From a virus (Duplodnaviria > Caudoviricetes), in the IMG/VR virus record IMGVR_UViG_3300033141_001125, positions 671-64,670 of that record: 64,000 nucleotides of DNA. One strand, 5' to 3'. This document shows positions 1 through 9,381 of this stretch, piece after piece (the stretch's first letter is position 1; every line of letters starts with the position of its first letter). The notes beneath the pieces were generated by a model. The model was not told the origin of the DNA. It did not search any database and was given only the letters and a program-made list of their open reading frames with translations. The position numbers and the translations under genes are program-made.

Positions 1-92
1 ATCTGAGAACAGCACTCAGTAATATCTGTTTCCTTTTGCGTATCCGCGTCTATAATTACAATACTTTCTATAATTCCTGTACATACCGCCAT
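1..92 (-). CDS. hypothetical protein, truncated by window start
   Basis: ATG at 92 with AAAGGAG RBS upstream; reads MAVCTGIIESIV... off the window edge. Confidence 0.45.
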   Translation of the reverse strand, partial: MAVCTGIIESIVIIDADTQKETDITECCSQ

Positions 93-313
93 ATTTTTAT
101 ACTCCTTTGGAGCTATTAAGTAATCGCTCCCATTCAAAATCATCAAGCCCACTCTCCGCCAAGATATGATTCTGCATATAAATCCTCAGCAGTCAATTCT
201 TCGGTTGGTTTTCTTGCAAGCACAGAGCGTTTCAAATACCAATAATAGAGCTTGCGACGCAATCCAAACCATTCACCATAAACCCATCTCAAAAGATACC
301 ACAATGCTATTTC

Positions 314-556
314 TCAAAATTGCTCACAAGGTATTGAAATCTTCCATTTGGAATCCTGATTATTGCCCTCAATAAAAGTTTCATCAATCCATATTTCGTG
401 AGCGTCATTAAGAAACATCGCTGTATAACCATGAATGTACTTAAGCTCATCCTTGATTTCATGGTAATCAGTAACCTGTACAGAATGCTGATTGTTTGGT
501 GGCCCGCCATACATCTTTCCAACAAGCAAATCTCTCAACACGGTTTTGAAACTCAT
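314..556 (-). CDS. hypothetical protein
   Basis: 80-aa ORF directly downstream of portal, GAGGGG RBS. Confidence 0.55.
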   Translation of the reverse strand: MSFKTVLRDLLVGKMYGGPPNNQHSVQVTDYHEIKDELKYIHGYTAMFLNDAHEIWIDETFIEGNNQDSKWKISIPCEQF

Positions 557-563
557 ATTTTCT

Positions 564-2141
564 TTACCCCTCTTCTCTATCCATTATCAGTCCTGAGCGC
601 ATTGCCTGTTGACGTACCTTGAATTCACTGCTATTAGTGATCTTCGCTATGCGCTCATCGTCCCAACCAACTTCTTTCAAAAACGCTTCAACTCCAACGC
701 CAGCACGTCCGGCAATTTCGGCAGCTTCCCACAACATGGAAGCCCGTTCCAGATCATCCAAAAATGATGATTTGAAAACCGGACGATCACCAATAGAATG
801 ATTAAGATCACCTTTAGCAAAACTTTCTAAATTGAATCCTTCATAGCCTTCATAGCCACGCCACCCACCAATGGCAATAGCCATTTGATGAGCACGCACA
901 AGCGCATCATCATACCGGCTGCGTCGCTCAATTATCTTGTCTGAAACTGGTTCGCGTGCTGTGCGCAAAGCCACGCCTGACAATTGACCACGGATTGACA
1001 TTTTGATTAACTCAAGTTCTGGATAATCGTCACCAAGTCCGGCAAGCATACGCTCAATTTCGGCACCAACCGCAGCAATGGGCAACGGTGCAAGTAGCGG
1101 TGTAACTGTTGCCCCAGGAGGCGCATACAAAAAATGTTCTTCTTCACGGCCTGGCTGAGGTTTATTTGTTGTAGGAGTAGCGCCTGACATAGTCAGGCTT
1201 TGCTTACGCTTGGCCGGGTCTTCAACACCGGAAGCCAGCCATTTTGAATCTACAGTCTTACGGATTTGGTCATTTAATTTTGACGCAATGTCATCAACTT
1301 CGGCGTACTTAATGCGGCCCGTGTGAAGCTCAGAGTATCCCCAATCTAAGCCCACATCAATATGTGGTATCACGATCAATGGTATGAATCCATAGTCTAC
1401 AACCCAAGTTGCGGCTTCGCCATTCCAGGCAAATAATTCGCCATCTTTGTATGTTTGATAGACTACATTTTCACCGTCGCGTGTAGCCACTTCACGATAA
1501 GTCACTTCATCATCTGGATTATCTTCATCGCCTGACAGACGTATTTCTTCAATAGTATAGCTCTTGACATTCCCGAAGAAATCACGCTCAACTTCCAGCA
1601 AATTACCTGGATTTATAATCCGCAATGACACCTTTTCGTGTAATGGATCGTCAACAATTATAATTCCAACATCACCATAAACGCTACCCCACAAAGTCAC
1701 TAAGTCTTTCTTGGCCTGCCAGTTCGAGGCTTGCCATAATTTGGCAATGGGTGCGCGCAAGTTCTCATTTGAAGTCATAATCGGCAATGCACCACCAGTA
1801 GTCGCTTGATCGTCAACTATTTCAAGGCGTCCTGCCCAAATGTGATCGCGCTCGAAGTTACAAATGCGTGTAGCTGGATTGTAAATTCCCCGGATGTATT
1901 TGTACAAGCCCTCACGGGTTTTATATGTCTTTGCCCAAATATGAATAATCTCTTTATACACCGTGTTTTCATAGAATGCCCAAAAGAATTTGTATCTGAA
2001 CGCCCGTGCTGTCTGATCACTAAAATCTTCTGGATCAATAATATCAGCACTCAGATACTTGTCTTGGTATGACGTTATTGTAGTTAGCAATGTACTCATA
2101 AAATTATTCCAACCTCTACGTAGCCCATCAAAAATTGCCAC
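564..2141 (-). CDS. phage portal protein (SPP1 gp6-like)
   Basis: 525 aa, downstream of terL; 'GSVYGDVGIII' and 'LSGVALR' segments typical of SPP1-type portals. Confidence 0.8.
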   Translation of the reverse strand: MAIFDGLRRGWNNFMSTLLTTITSYQDKYLSADIIDPEDFSDQTARAFRYKFFWAFYENTVYKEIIHIWAKTYKTREGLYKYIRGIYNPATRICNFERDHIWAGRLEIVDDQATTGGALPIMTSNENLRAPIAKLWQASNWQAKKDLVTLWGSVYGDVGIIIVDDPLHEKVSLRIINPGNLLEVERDFFGNVKSYTIEEIRLSGDEDNPDDEVTYREVATRDGENVVYQTYKDGELFAWNGEAATWVVDYGFIPLIVIPHIDVGLDWGYSELHTGRIKYAEVDDIASKLNDQIRKTVDSKWLASGVEDPAKRKQSLTMSGATPTTNKPQPGREEEHFLYAPPGATVTPLLAPLPIAAVGAEIERMLAGLGDDYPELELIKMSIRGQLSGVALRTAREPVSDKIIERRSRYDDALVRAHQMAIAIGGWRGYEGYEGFNLESFAKGDLNHSIGDRPVFKSSFLDDLERASMLWEAAEIAGRAGVGVEAFLKEVGWDDERIAKITNSSEFKVRQQAMRSGLIMDREEG

Positions 2142-2145
2142 ATTC

Positions 2146-2328
2146 TTAATCCTTTACAGTAAAGACTTTTCTGTCTGAGAACTCTTGCGCCTTGCCATTG
2201 TTCCAATTTTGCACGGGACGCAGATAGCCGACAATTCGACTATAAACCTCACACTCAACTTTTTTTTGTGCCGCTTGCTTCTCAACATCTTTCTTTTGTC
2301 CCATATTCTTACCCGCCTTGAATAACAA
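2146..2328 (-). CDS. stand-alone glycyl-radical domain of class III (anaerobic) ribonucleotide reductase
   Basis: CEVYSRIVGYLRPVQNWNNGKAQEFSDR matches the NrdD C-terminal RxxGY glycyl-radical motif; only ~60 aa. Confidence 0.85.
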   Translation of the reverse strand: MLFKAGKNMGQKKDVEKQAAQKKVECEVYSRIVGYLRPVQNWNNGKAQEFSDRKVFTVKD

Positions 2329-2685
2329 TTTGTTTAGTTTGGTTTTGTGCCGTTTTCTAAAATAACGCTAATGCGCTTTGTATTTGCATTGACTTACATA
2401 ATATTTTAATGCCTTATATCTTGGCCTAATGCCCAGCAATTCCAAGCGCGCTGACATGCGATGCGCTTTATTATGCTTGCGCTTCCAGAACTTACCAAGA
2501 TTGCTGCTTCTGCCGTGTGACCACAGCACATAATATTCTGGAAAATTGCACGTTCGTCTATTTCCCACTTTTTTTATTCTGCTTGCAAGATTGCTCTTTT
2601 AGTTTTGCCTTAACTTCATCAGACAAGTTTTTATCAACTCGCAATAATAAATGAGCGAGCCATTGTGTATGAGTGCGCAAGACTT

Positions 2686-3168
2686 TTATTTTTTGTACTT
2701 GCATTTGGTGAACTCCGCCACCACATCCATATAACCATCCTGATTCATAACCATTTCGGGAGCTTTGTCTAACAATTCATCAGGGTCATTGCCGCCTTCG
2801 ACAATATGCAAATTTGCAATCTCTATTTCATAGATTTCATCATCAATCAGTTGCAAGAGTGATAAAAGCATACCGCGCAATGGAGCTACTGGTATGACAC
2901 TCTCTAGCCTGTAGGTATAATGTGAATGATCCTCAACAGCCGGCGTATTCTCAATAACCGCTTTGAATAATTCTCTGGATAGCTCAAAATTACTTATAAA
3001 CTGGAAATACTCCCCAGGCTTATTCTCAGCACTCTTACCAGCCTCGCCAGAATAAACCACCAAAGTAATCTTGCCAACATCAATATCACCCATGACTTCA
3101 GCTTGCAGAAAAGACTTGACTAATGATTTCGGTATTCTAATTTCTAAGATCGCACAGACCGCTTCCAT
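2686..3168 (-). CDS. hypothetical protein
   Basis: 160-aa ORF with AAGGAAGG RBS, same strand as operon. Confidence 0.65.
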   Translation of the reverse strand: MEAVCAILEIRIPKSLVKSFLQAEVMGDIDVGKITLVVYSGEAGKSAENKPGEYFQFISNFELSRELFKAVIENTPAVEDHSHYTYRLESVIPVAPLRGMLLSLLQLIDDEIYEIEIANLHIVEGGNDPDELLDKAPEMVMNQDGYMDVVAEFTKCKYKK

Positions 3169-3244
3169 GATCGCGCCTTCCTTGTGTTAGCGCGACGGTA
3201 ACGGATGCGCCAGAATAAAGCGGATATGCCAGTGAATAACCTTC

Positions 3245-4006
3245 TCATTTCACTTCATATTCCTTGCCACGAAAAATACATCTGCGTGGATTATCACCTT
3301 TGCCAGTAAAGATCAAATTTTCAACGCTGAAATGCTGGCTGTCTGCATTGCCCCATTCACTCAGAACGCCAATCCCCTGCGTCCAGTTTGGATGTTTTTT
3401 ATAATGCGGTTCTAGCTTTTGCAAACAACCTATTTCCCATCCGCCAACCGCTAATCTTGGGCCTCTTGCTGTGACCGTGCCAACCTTATGATTGTGTCCT
3501 ATGATCACACTTTGCTGATACATCCGATCCGCAATTTCTTTTTCAACTGCGCGACCCGCATACTTGCTGTATCTAATCCCGTGTGTAACGATCAGGCGTC
3601 CGCCCACAAGCTCAACTTCATCACGCACAAATTCAAATTCAAGCTCTTTTAATTTGAGCAATTCTTCAAGTGTAAGTGCTTCTAGACTGTATATCACTGG
3701 ATGGTTCATCAAATAGCGCAACCATCTTACTTCGTGATTGCCGATAATAAATTTGAATTTAGCACCAGATGCAGCAGACTTTATTTCAGTATGCTTTTTA
3801 TATGCCTCGTCAATACTGCGTTGCAATAAAAGCCTCACGTCCGGTGCTTCTGTAAAAGTGCTGGCTTCTCTAAAGTCCTCGGAATCGCCATTGATGATAA
3901 CGTTATCAGGCTTGCAATCTTGGATAATCCTGCAAGCCAACTCTACTGCTCTATTATCCTGTTCAGGTGCGTGTAAATCTGCGACAATTGCCGTTGTTCG
4001 TGTCAT
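3245..4006 (-). CDS. calcineurin-like metallophosphoesterase
   Basis: DLH, GDxxD, GNHE, HG and GHNH motifs in canonical order. Confidence 0.88.
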   Translation of the reverse strand: MTRTTAIVADLHAPEQDNRAVELACRIIQDCKPDNVIINGDSEDFREASTFTEAPDVRLLLQRSIDEAYKKHTEIKSAASGAKFKFIIGNHEVRWLRYLMNHPVIYSLEALTLEELLKLKELEFEFVRDEVELVGGRLIVTHGIRYSKYAGRAVEKEIADRMYQQSVIIGHNHKVGTVTARGPRLAVGGWEIGCLQKLEPHYKKHPNWTQGIGVLSEWGNADSQHFSVENLIFTGKGDNPRRCIFRGKEYEVK

Positions 4007-4011
4007 AAAGT

Positions 4012-4239
4012 TTAATTCTTACCATTTATTTGTTCATTTATTTGCTTTGTTAATTCTTTTGCAAGATCGTCCGCTTTCACAAATTCTCCATGAATAAGAA
4101 CATAACCATTTTGTGAGATTTGTACCATACAGAGCGCAAAAAATGTAGCACCAAGAACAAAGCCAAATATCATAAAAACAATCGCAGTAATAATCAAGCT
4201 AAGTGCGTTCATTATTATACTTTCTCGCTTTTCCTTCAT
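4012..4239 (-). CDS. small membrane protein
   Basis: one long hydrophobic segment. Confidence 0.55.
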   Translation of the reverse strand: MKEKRESIIMNALSLIITAIVFMIFGFVLGATFFALCMVQISQNGYVLIHGEFVKADDLAKELTKQINEQINGKN

Positions 4240-4381
4240 TGATCAATTTCTCTGCAACTTCTGGCGCAAGTGGTACTAAATCCCCAACATCCAAAAAACG
4301 CTTAACTTCTCCGACTTCAGAAACGCCCGGATAATCGTCCCGACGTTCTAAGATTTCAACCCATACAAACTGTGCTGACAT
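4199..4381 (-). CDS. hypothetical protein (60 aa from internal ATG)
   Basis: GAGG RBS before MSAQFVWVEI; overlaps neighbouring genes in operon fashion. Confidence 0.5.
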   Translation of the reverse strand: MSAQFVWVEILERRDDYPGVSEVGEVKRFLDVGDLVPLAPEVAEKLINEGKARKYNNERT

Positions 4382-4596
4382 ATTGCCTCGCCTGATCATA
4401 GTCAAACCCAGATAAGTTAATAACCGATTGCTGCCATCCATGAATTGAATGAGCGCGATACAGGTCAATCAATTCAAATGCTTCTTTTTCTGTAACCTGC
4501 CATCTTGCAGAGAGTTTTAGTAACTCAATATTTGCTTCGTTAGCACATTGCGCCATTGCCAATTGTGCATTTATGCCACGTAATAACAAGGCCATG

Positions 4597-4794
4597 CTAA
4601 ATCTCAATTGGTGTTCTGTCAATGAAACTTTGATACTCTCTTTCCAAGCTAGCAATATCCCATTGAGATTCAAGAATTGACTCAACACCATCTCTAACAA
4701 GCCGCCATTCCGCATTGTCGTATCTATGATATACAATTTTATCACTTGTTACAATAACAATAAAATATACAGGATTTATTTTGTCTATTCTCAT
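4597..4794 (-). CDS. hypothetical protein
   Basis: starts 3 nt after terL stop. Confidence 0.5.
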   Translation of the reverse strand: MRIDKINPVYFIVIVTSDKIVYHRYDNAEWRLVRDGVESILESQWDIASLEREYQSFIDRTPIEI

Positions 4795-4797
4795 TTC

Positions 4798-6207
4798 TTA
4801 GCCCCTCCAATCAGAAATACCAGGATCGCCCCAATGAGCATTGTTCCCGTGCTGTACCATCAGGCCATAACGTGCCGAGTCATAGAAGTCATCACCGCCA
4901 TTGCCATCCTCATCACAGTCAACTTTTCTAACATCTTCTGGCCGTCTTGGATCGTGTTCCATTGAAACTATAGATTCGCGCAATCTATAACAGCGTTCGT
5001 GAACAAACCAAGTGGGCTGTATACCAGACTCAATATCGCCAAGTCGGTTAAGAATTTCTGCCGCGCCTGAAATTCTATCCATATTAGCGCGCTTGAGTGA
5101 TCTTCCAAGTAATTCCTCATAATCGTCAGCCGGGCATTTTCCGTCACGATCTTTTGAGAAAACATCACCGCCAGCATAAATATCTTCTATACGCCAAAGC
5201 TCTATGCCATGGCGCTTGAGCATTTCGGTGTAAGCCCAAACATGCCTTTTTGGTATCCACTTTTGCCTAGCGTGTTCGTCAAAAGTATAAATGATTCCTT
5301 CGTGAGTCATACAATGTAAATGGATGACCGTATAGTGAGTGAACCCATAATCCATTGAGGCCCAAAAAGTCCAGGATGGATCAAGAACTAGATCGCCGCG
5401 CCATGTATGAACATCATCTTTCCAAGTTGTGAAGAATTGACCAGCCGCAATATCCCAATCGCCATAGCGATAAGCACGTAACCGCCACCCAGTGTTTTCC
5501 TCAAGTTTTTTTGTATAGCCATCATCAACATATGGGTTATCATCCACTGTCATAGGAATAAAACGAGTATCATCCTGAGTGTCGTTTTTATAGGGATCAA
5601 TAAATGACTTTTTATACCAGGCATGACCTATGCCACCAGGATTTGTAGTGCTATAAATTCTTGGTCGCCAGCCAGGTTTTGCACTTCGATTTGAATCACG
5701 TAGTGCCCTATGCTTGACCAACGATAGGCTTGTGTGTTCCTCGATGATGATAATGTCATACTCAAGTCCCAAATAATCATCAACATCGCCTTCGTTAATA
5801 AAACCACCAACAAGGCACTTGCTGCCATTTGGAAGGTACACACAGCCCTCAGAACGGTTATATCTGTGTGGCGTATGCTTCAAAACTGACTTGCGCAAAT
5901 TCTCAAATTGTTCACGCGCCTTTTTACCGACACGTCGTAGATACAAAATTGTTAGACCAGGAAAACGCCAGGCATCATCTAATAATGCTTGAGCAAAAAC
6001 CAGATGGGATTTGCCGCCACCACGCGCACCGCCAGCACCTATCTGTGTTGGCCCATCTTCATTATCAGCCCAACGACAAGCCGCATGAAATTCCCACGCC
6101 TTTGATGATGCAATGTATCTTTGTTTTATGAAGTTCTCAAATTGGCCCTTCGGAGAGCCACTTTTGATAGCTGCATCAAGAACATTACTTATTGTTGCCA
6201 TCGCCAT
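4798..6207 (-). CDS. terL: terminase large subunit
   Basis: Walker A GGARGGGKS, Walker B IIIIEE, TTNPGG coupling motif, RNase H-like nuclease (MDYG...DDFYDSARY). Confidence 0.93.
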   Translation of the reverse strand: MAMATISNVLDAAIKSGSPKGQFENFIKQRYIASSKAWEFHAACRWADNEDGPTQIGAGGARGGGKSHLVFAQALLDDAWRFPGLTILYLRRVGKKAREQFENLRKSVLKHTPHRYNRSEGCVYLPNGSKCLVGGFINEGDVDDYLGLEYDIIIIEEHTSLSLVKHRALRDSNRSAKPGWRPRIYSTTNPGGIGHAWYKKSFIDPYKNDTQDDTRFIPMTVDDNPYVDDGYTKKLEENTGWRLRAYRYGDWDIAAGQFFTTWKDDVHTWRGDLVLDPSWTFWASMDYGFTHYTVIHLHCMTHEGIIYTFDEHARQKWIPKRHVWAYTEMLKRHGIELWRIEDIYAGGDVFSKDRDGKCPADDYEELLGRSLKRANMDRISGAAEILNRLGDIESGIQPTWFVHERCYRLRESIVSMEHDPRRPEDVRKVDCDEDGNGGDDFYDSARYGLMVQHGNNAHWGDPGISDWRG

Positions 6208-6790
6208 ACGCCTTATCTATGAGTGATTGTAAATTACTATCAATCTCTATTGCCCCGCCGCCCGAACCCGTGATCTCGTTTCTAATTGGAGCATCAAGGC
6301 CCATTAGTTTGCGCCTTGCGCCGCTGCAATCCATCAGGCATTGCTTTAACCACTCAGCATCACCTTGCAAAAACTCAAGCTGAGTTGTTTGTCCAGTTGG
6401 CGCTGGCACCACTTCATCGGTTTGCGAATCAAGAATATATGAGAATACAGTTGTTATGCTTCTACGTTGCTTCTTTGGAATAGTTCTACCCAAGAATTTA
6501 GCTTTTTCTTCTGTCGCGCTTCCAAAGAACACCTCATAACAAAATGCTTGAATTGTATTTATTTCCCTTAACTCTTGAGTGCGCATCAAGTCAAAGTCAA
6601 CAAGGGAGGATCGTTTCCAATCCTCCCTTAGACTCTTAATGTCATTCTCGATGGTTGAGACTGACAGATCGTAAACGCGATTAGCACAAAGCTTTTTGCG
6701 TATTTCTTTTGCAGTCCATTCTGGATGTAATGACATGAGATTTGCAACAAAAGCCCTGTCCTGCTCGCGCTGATCGTTGGTTCTACGCAT
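6185..6790 (-). CDS. terS: terminase small subunit
   Basis: N-terminal HTH-like segment, C-terminal 'RRKLMGLDAP..EITGSGGGAI' typical of small terminases; overlaps terL start. Confidence 0.78.
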   Translation of the reverse strand: MRRTNDQREQDRAFVANLMSLHPEWTAKEIRKKLCANRVYDLSVSTIENDIKSLREDWKRSSLVDFDLMRTQELREINTIQAFCYEVFFGSATEEKAKFLGRTIPKKQRRSITTVFSYILDSQTDEVVPAPTGQTTQLEFLQGDAEWLKQCLMDCSGARRKLMGLDAPIRNEITGSGGGAIEIDSNLQSLIDKAYGDGNNK

Positions 6791-6794
6791 TTAG

Positions 6795-6914
6795 TTAACT
6801 CCGTTTAAACAAGCCGCCGATCCATTTACCAACAGCTTTAACAGTTCTCTTTACGCGTCCGCCAGCGCCACTTGCAGCACCCCCACTTCTACCCCTACTT
6901 CCAAATCCAGCCAT
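6795..6914 (-). CDS. 39-aa Gly/Arg/Lys-rich peptide MAGFGSRGRSGGAASGAGGRVKRTVKAVGKWIGGLFKRS (not in ORF track)
   Basis: strong AAGGAGGTGA RBS; fills the gap between radical SAM gene and terS. Confidence 0.75.
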   Translation of the reverse strand: MAGFGSRGRSGGAASGAGGRVKRTVKAVGKWIGGLFKRS

Positions 6915-6943
6915 GTTTCTCACCTCCTTTTTATTATCAAAAC

Positions 6944-8179
6944 TTACTCAAAAACCTCATCGTTCATTGCATCAAAATAATGTTCATCGCTTCCCCACGG
7001 AATAAATACCATATATGGCAATTCATATGTTGGATCAAGTGTAACACCAAGCTCGCCGTCATCATCTGTATAACCCGTCCAAGAAAAAACCCGCATGCTT
7101 GTAAGTCCCCATTTAATCAAGCCGCTGTCATATCCAACTGCAAGAATCTGTTTATAATTCAATTTACCAGCAGGGAGCTTGTACTTTTTGCGCAATGCAA
7201 AACTGCCTGTAAAAACATAATCTCTCATTCCTGTATAATTGCCATCAGGCAAGCGATACATCATAAAATCTAAGTAGTCTTGTACAGTAAACGGTGAATC
7301 AGGATTGTATTTTTCATCACGGCAGAAATTCACTAATCCTTGATTTGTTGGAAAACACTTATCATAGGTATCATAATACGGCTTGAAAAAATCACTATGT
7401 CCCTCAAATCCTGGCTGAAAAACTTCTAATCCATACTCTTGAGCTAAATTTATTGCACGTAGCACAGACATGCGATCTGCTCCACGTAACAAACTCTTCC
7501 CCCTTGACTTTGCGCGTGTAATAAGATCATCACCAAGTGTCTCAACTTCACGCACGGTCATTCTTTGTACCTGCTGGCTTGACAAGTGCATTTGATCAAT
7601 CCATACACCAGACACGCCAACTTGAGCAAATAATTCAATCAATGGTTCTGGATCGGGCAACCACTCAGAAACAAGCGGATTGATTGCCGCCACAACTTTA
7701 TGACCCATGTCAGTCAGTGTTTTAACTGTTGCCAATCGTTCTAACGGAGGTGGCGCGCCAGGAGAAATTTTCTTTGCTATAAATTCATCTAGCATTTCGA
7801 TGGTAATATACCATACTGCCGATTTCAAAAAGTCCAGCGCATCTAACATGCCTGGCCCGGTCTTTGTCTCAAAAGACAACGGGATACCCAAATCTGTCAT
7901 TGTTTTAATCAACGGCAATGTATATTGATAGGTTGACTTTGCAAATGGGTCACAGCGGTTTGATAACACAACCGGATAGCCCTCTTTTAGCAATTCAGCA
8001 GTTAAAGTTGTGCGATTCTGATAATCCGCTAATAGGTTCATGGCTTTGGAAAGTTCAATCTTTCCATTTCTTTGGTTGAGCTTTGCAAAACAATATACGC
8101 AGCCGTGCGAACAAGAACCATAAGAAAATTCAAGCGGCACTGGAAAATGCAAAAACTCTCCATAATAAGGTACAATCAT
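6944..8179 (-). CDS. radical SAM protein (spore-photoproduct-lyase-like family)
   Basis: CxxxCxxC motif CSHGCVYC near N-terminus, followed by SPL-like 'DPF', 'TK' and 'RL..V..L...G' segments. Confidence 0.88.
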   Translation of the reverse strand: MIVPYYGEFLHFPVPLEFSYGSCSHGCVYCFAKLNQRNGKIELSKAMNLLADYQNRTTLTAELLKEGYPVVLSNRCDPFAKSTYQYTLPLIKTMTDLGIPLSFETKTGPGMLDALDFLKSAVWYITIEMLDEFIAKKISPGAPPPLERLATVKTLTDMGHKVVAAINPLVSEWLPDPEPLIELFAQVGVSGVWIDQMHLSSQQVQRMTVREVETLGDDLITRAKSRGKSLLRGADRMSVLRAINLAQEYGLEVFQPGFEGHSDFFKPYYDTYDKCFPTNQGLVNFCRDEKYNPDSPFTVQDYLDFMMYRLPDGNYTGMRDYVFTGSFALRKKYKLPAGKLNYKQILAVGYDSGLIKWGLTSMRVFSWTGYTDDDGELGVTLDPTYELPYMVFIPWGSDEHYFDAMNDEVFE

Positions 8180-8937
8180 TATTTCACTCCATCAAAGGGT
8201 TCTGAATATAAATCCAACAAATACAAAAACGCTTTCAGGTCATCTTTAATTCCATTATGATTTTTGAATTCGCGCCATTTTTCATTCTGTTCACCAGTAA
8301 GAACAATTGGAACGACGTGCCTTCTTGCAAGAGATGTTGAGGGCTGTTTATCACCACCAGAAGAAACAGGAGGATTTGCTTCTTCCCGGTCGCCCTCAAC
8401 ATCACTTTCTTGCTGACCCTGAGCGCTATAAATATCTTGTTCTTGACTAGCAAAAGCCGCCAGTGGTGCATCAAACGTTTCTCGATATTCAATATCAAAT
8501 GAATTTGCTAATTCGCCCTCATTGAACATATCTAGCAATGCAACGCCTTGACGCTCGACCTCTTGAACCATCTCCGCGTCCCACTCTAGGCCAACTTCAC
8601 TTGAGCGATTATCAATAATTTCATAAAAACGTGCTTTTTCTCCATCTTCGCCAGCACCGTCAATATCAAGATCGTCAAATTGCAATACTACAAGTTCATC
8701 TGGGCTGGCGGCAACAATTTTCAATGGGATACCAGCATCTTTTGCCGCCGCCACAGTTTTATTTCCAGCAATGATCACACCGTCTTTATCCGCCACGACA
8801 GAACGCCTTGCTCCAACTTCTGCAATGGACTTTGTGAGCATATACTTTCCGCGATCAGTGCCTTTATTAGTATTAAAAGGATTTAAGGTTACATCGGACA
8901 TCCACAACTCCAATAGTAAATCGCAGGAACAAACCAC
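8179..8937 (-). CDS. ParB/Srx-like N-terminal domain protein (true start probably 8901)
   Basis: 'NPFNTNKG...KSIAEVGARRSVVADKDGVIIAGNKT...IIDNRSSE..EWD' is the phage ParB-like pattern; acidic tail. Confidence 0.8.
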   Translation of the reverse strand: MVCSCDLLLELWMSDVTLNPFNTNKGTDRGKYMLTKSIAEVGARRSVVADKDGVIIAGNKTVAAAKDAGIPLKIVAASPDELVVLQFDDLDIDGAGEDGEKARFYEIIDNRSSEVGLEWDAEMVQEVERQGVALLDMFNEGELANSFDIEYRETFDAPLAAFASQEQDIYSAQGQQESDVEGDREEANPPVSSGGDKQPSTSLARRHVVPIVLTGEQNEKWREFKNHNGIKDDLKAFLYLLDLYSEPFDGVK

Positions 8938-8993
8938 ACTATCAAATAGAGTGTTGTTCCTGCGACTACTAAAATTTTTCTGATCATATAAAC

Positions 8994-9022
8994 ATTATAT
9001 GGTCTTTTTGTTGTTATGTCAA
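8994..9022 (-). promoter_or_regulatory. sigma70-type promoter for ParB-radSAM-terminase operon
   Basis: perfect TTGACA-17 bp-TATAAT on the minus strand. Confidence 0.8.
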
Positions 9023-9026
9023 GAGG

Positions 9027-9362
9027 CTACTTTCTCTCCGTTCCTCTAAGAACAATTCTCTTAAAATATACACCCGTTCCCCAGCGGCATCGTTTCGCAC
9101 CCAGCCGTTGCATCTCAGTTGAAAAGCTCCTCTTGGTAACTGGATAATAACCCTTTTGATCACACCATTGAACATAGGCATTATATAACATCGCAAATGG
9201 AATCTTATAATTATCGTAAGTTATGCGACATCGCTCAACAAAAAATTCTCCGGCCTGAGTAAACGAAAAGCCAGAAATTAAGATATCGAAAATTCTTTGC
9301 TGATCAACTTCTGGATATTCAAACTTGATCATCTGAGCGATTATGTCCGCCATTCTGTGCAT
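9027..9362 (-). CDS. stand-alone winged-helix domain like the C-terminus of P4/D5 primase-helicases
   Basis: 'FFVERC...LYNAYVQWC...GYYP...FSTEMQRLG...G.YF.RI.L' parallels the C-terminus of ORF 21384-23111. Confidence 0.75.
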   Translation of the reverse strand: MHRMADIIAQMIKFEYPEVDQQRIFDILISGFSFTQAGEFFVERCRITYDNYKIPFAMLYNAYVQWCDQKGYYPVTKRSFSTEMQRLGAKRCRWGTGVYFKRIVLRGTERK

Positions 9363-9381
9363 TTTTTCACTCCTCTTATTT

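Noticed and set aside
146-556. Open frame continuing in frame past the TGA of 314-556 (possible stop-codon recoding)
   Set aside because: Many genes end in TGA with ATGA overlaps and long genes are intact in code 11; a separate TTG-start ORF explains it
6944-8179. Radical SAM as NrdG activase for the NrdD fragment
   Set aside because: Length and motifs fit the SPL-like family, not the short glycyl-radical activases
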